A stretch of 29,389 bases of DNA from a virus (Duplodnaviria > Caudoviricetes). Shown piece by piece: positions 26,988 to 29,389 of the stretch. The DNA lies in IMG/VR virus record IMGVR_UViG_3300023242_000170, positions 1-29,389 of that record; one strand, given 5' to 3'. The notes under the pieces were generated by a model. The model was not told the DNA's origin, did no database searches, and worked only from the letters and a program-made list of their open reading frames with translations. How positions within the stretch are numbered: position 1 is the stretch's first letter; each line of letters opens with the position of its first letter. Made by a program: the position numbers and the translations under genes.

Positions 26988-27825
26988 CTTTTTTATCAGT
27001 ACCAATAAAGTCGTGTCCTATGTTATAGTTACTAGGACAAAATTTGCATTGCGGTATAGGATTAACTAAATTGTTTACAAATTTCTCAACATCATCATCG
27101 TGCGACATTGGTTGATATGCATGTGCTAACTCTTTATCTGCAACTGCAACATTAAATTGATTTAAAAAATCTGGTAATACACTTACTAATGGACATTTGT
27201 ATAATTTGCCTTTATTAAGTTGATGGCAAGTTTTAAATCCACAAACATCGTGTGCTTCGTCTACATCGCTATCGTACCCCAGTGTTAGTTGCTTATTAAC
27301 TAAGTCCATTGCACTAGCTCTAAATGTTTGTGACCAGTCAAGAATTACTTCAACACCGTTTTTATCAATGAATATTCTAGACACTCTGCGAGCAGGAGCT
27401 TCTCCAGTATCAGATACGATTACATCAAGGAATGTGTTAATAAAGTCTAAAAAGCCGTCATAAAGTTTTATATCATGACATGTTATCCAAAGTGTACCAT
27501 TATTCTTTGATAGTACATCATAAACATCTTGTGTTAGTTTATTAAGTGTTGACCCATTAGTAGATATTTGTAATTTAGCAGTTGGCCATAAGTTAGATAT
27601 ACCTTTGAGCCATTTATTGAAATCAGGATTCAGTGTAGGCTCGCCGCCCATAAGTTGTATTATGCCAATATCAAGTTTTTTGCTTAACAGTTCGTACTCA
27701 TCTTTATAGTCGTCCCACCGCTGGTGTCCTTTGAAAGCATAATTATTAAAGCTCTGACAATGTGTACAACTGTAATTACATACATTGGTAATGTACATTT
27801 CTGAATATTTTAAAGTAGGCTTCAT
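26974..27825 (-). CDS. radical SAM protein
   Basis: ITNVCNYSCTHC, MGGEPT and STNG; C-terminal C..C..GKLYKCP..CKFCP. Confidence 0.9.
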   Translation of the reverse strand: MKPTLKYSEMYITNVCNYSCTHCQSFNNYAFKGHQRWDDYKDEYELLSKKLDIGIIQLMGGEPTLNPDFNKWLKGISNLWPTAKLQISTNGSTLNKLTQDVYDVLSKNNGTLWITCHDIKLYDGFLDFINTFLDVIVSDTGEAPARRVSRIFIDKNGVEVILDWSQTFRASAMDLVNKQLTLGYDSDVDEAHDVCGFKTCHQLNKGKLYKCPLVSVLPDFLNQFNVAVADKELAHAYQPMSHDDDVEKFVNNLVNPIPQCKFCPSNYNIGHDFIGTDKKVKQT

Positions 27826-28427
27826 TTCTTTTTTCCAATAATCATATAGCGTGTATACATAGGAGTTTCAAATTCACCTCGCCATAGAGGTTTAACTTTA
27901 CTCATACGCATAAAGTCATCTGCGTCTGTTGCACAACGTATATGTTCGGGCAAGTCAAAATAGTTATTACTCTGTATTACAAATATTGCATCGTCTGGTT
28001 GATTACTTAACCATTGTTCGTATTGTTCTTGCGTAACGTGTTCACAGCTTGTGTTAATAATAATATTTGCAGGAGATGAATAATCACACATATCTGCTGT
28101 TACTGCGGTAAACCGTCCTTCGATTTCCTGACGCTTGTTTACTGTACACGCTGTTTCTTCACATACAGGGTCTATATCTACACTTGTAATGTGCCTAATG
28201 GACATATCACTATTAAATAGCAGATTTGATAGTACTCCGTTCCAGCCACCAAAAATTACTATATTAGATTTACTATAATGCGCTTTATACACTTTAGTTA
28301 ATTGTTCAATGAGCCAAACTTTACTGTTGACTTGTCCTTTCCAAAAGCTTTCTAGAGTACGATAGCGATCTTCACTATTACGAATAGCATCCATCCAGAA
28401 TAACACATCTTGTATTTCAACTTTCAT
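27822..28427 (-). CDS. class I SAM-dependent methyltransferase
   Basis: IVIFGGWNG, SVDID, TADM and INTSCEH. Confidence 0.8.
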   Translation of the reverse strand: MKVEIQDVLFWMDAIRNSEDRYRTLESFWKGQVNSKVWLIEQLTKVYKAHYSKSNIVIFGGWNGVLSNLLFNSDMSIRHITSVDIDPVCEETACTVNKRQEIEGRFTAVTADMCDYSSPANIIINTSCEHVTQEQYEQWLSNQPDDAIFVIQSNNYFDLPEHIRCATDADDFMRMSKVKPLWRGEFETPMYTRYMIIGKKK

Positions 28428-29388
28428 ACTTTACCTTTGGTAGTTTACTATCTGCACTACTTACGCAAGTAGGAGTAATGCACTTACGTGGCGCTTTAAA
28501 GAGCTCAAAGCCGCCGTCTAACGTGCCTAGAGGTTCGTCATGGCAACTGTAGCTGCGCTTAACTTCATTCTCTCTAATGACGCATCCTTGGTATCCTGCA
28601 TTACAACTCCAGCCTTTGAACTTGTTGAATCCGAAGGAATTAAAGCGTTCTGCTTGATCTACGTAGTAGACGTTACCGTCTTTGTCTTGCAATTCTACTT
28701 GCAATAACGGTATTATTTTTTTAAATTCGTCTGGGATTCTTTGTGGGAATCCTGTTTGCAACAAGCCGAGTTGTACATCCGTATATCCGGATACCACACG
28801 AGAGGCTGTAGGATCGGACTGTGGCTTGACAGTAACATTAATGCCTCTGGCGGCAAATCGCTGTAAACGTTCGTAAAGCTCTTCAAACATTTCAGGAACC
28901 ATAACTTGATTGATCGTAATATATACATTATTTTTCATTAATTGGAGACATTTATCCCCAAACTCCTGTTCATTTGCAAACTCTGCATGGTAGCTTGCTG
29001 TTATACTTCTACGTTGCAAACTGCTTGTAGATTCTAACCAGTTGTTCCACCATTTGCTTCCTGGGCTTAGATTGGTTGTCATGTGGATACTCTGGTACTC
29101 AGGAGCTGTATCACTACAGTAATGGTCTATAACCTTCCCAAAGTATTTATATGCAGTAGGCTCACCTCCACTAAAACTAAAGTGAAAGTCAGTAAAGCCG
29201 TTTTCTCTTGCTTGGCGCTTTATTTCGTCAATTGTGTTAGTATATACTGCTAAATCTTGATGATCAGGAGTGCTGCTACGAGCATAGGGCCAGCAATAGC
29301 TACAATTGTAGTTACAAAACCTAGCAAGGATCCAACTAACTGTAAACAAGTTTGTGTTCAACAGCGTCTTTTGGCCGAAGCTTGTTAT
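28417..29388 (-). CDS. radical SAM protein with C-terminal SPASM-like domain; probably 5'-truncated by window
   Basis: RFCNYNCSYC, SGGEPT, TTN and CNAG...C...CITPTC. The frame is open to the window edge (ITSFGQKTLLNT...). Confidence 0.9.
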   Translation of the reverse strand: MTSFGQKTLLNTNLFTVSWILARFCNYNCSYCWPYARSSTPDHQDLAVYTNTIDEIKRQARENGFTDFHFSFSGGEPTAYKYFGKVIDHYCSDTAPEYQSIHMTTNLSPGSKWWNNWLESTSSLQRRSITASYHAEFANEQEFGDKCLQLMKNNVYITINQVMVPEMFEELYERLQRFAARGINVTVKPQSDPTASRVVSGYTDVQLGLLQTGFPQRIPDEFKKIIPLLQVELQDKDGNVYYVDQAERFNSFGFNKFKGWSCNAGYQGCVIRENEVKRSYSCHDEPLGTLDGGFELFKAPRKCITPTCVSSADSKLPKVKYES

Positions 29389-29389
29389 A

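Noticed and set aside
7727-28928. Short nested ORFs (e.g. 10199-10594, 17328-17732, 21023-21394, 28682-28876)
   Set aside because: They lie within or largely overlap motif-bearing genes on another frame or strand.
1-29389. CRISPR array, tRNA, intron/intein, or stop-codon reassignment
   Set aside because: No spaced repeats or cloverleafs were noticed, intergenic gaps are short, and genes are intact in the standard code using TAA, TGA and TAG stops.
8769-29389. Bacterial chromosomal secondary-metabolite cluster
   Set aside because: No transporter, regulator or NRPS/PKS gene is present. The region is contiguous with phage genes and shares their late-promoter motifs.

Overview
AT-rich, gene-dense segment of a large, probably T4-like tailed phage genome. 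This assignment is inferred from gene content, sigma70-type early promoters and TATAAATA-type late promoters. The code is standard, and no tRNA, rRNA, CRISPR or mobile element was seen. The left part (1-8765) is core-like: the 3' end of queE, a T4 RNase H-like 5'-3' exonuclease, small hypothetical genes, a MoxR AAA+ ATPase paired with a metallopeptidase-vWA gene, and a late tail-fibre/virion-like protein. The right part (8769-29389, open at the window edge) is a roughly 20.6 kb island made almost entirely of tailoring enzymes: 6 radical SAM proteins, about 8 2OG-Fe(II)/cupin oxygenases, a flavin-dependent halogenase-like protein, a class III aminotransferase, an amidinotransferase, AdoMet decarboxylase, a methyltransferase, a sulfotransferase, a fatty-acid desaturase, an SGNH-like protein and a degenerate kinase-like protein. 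These are arranged in short divergent and convergent operons, most preceded by late-promoter-like TAAATA/TAAGTA motifs. The most notable features are this late-expressed biosynthetic/modification island, a radical SAM enzyme with a Tes/MJ0619-type rubredoxin-like N-terminus, RBS-sequestering hairpins around late promoters, and a recurrent AA[CG]TAC[GA][CT]ANATA motif. All functional calls come from reading motifs by eye; no database searches were run.
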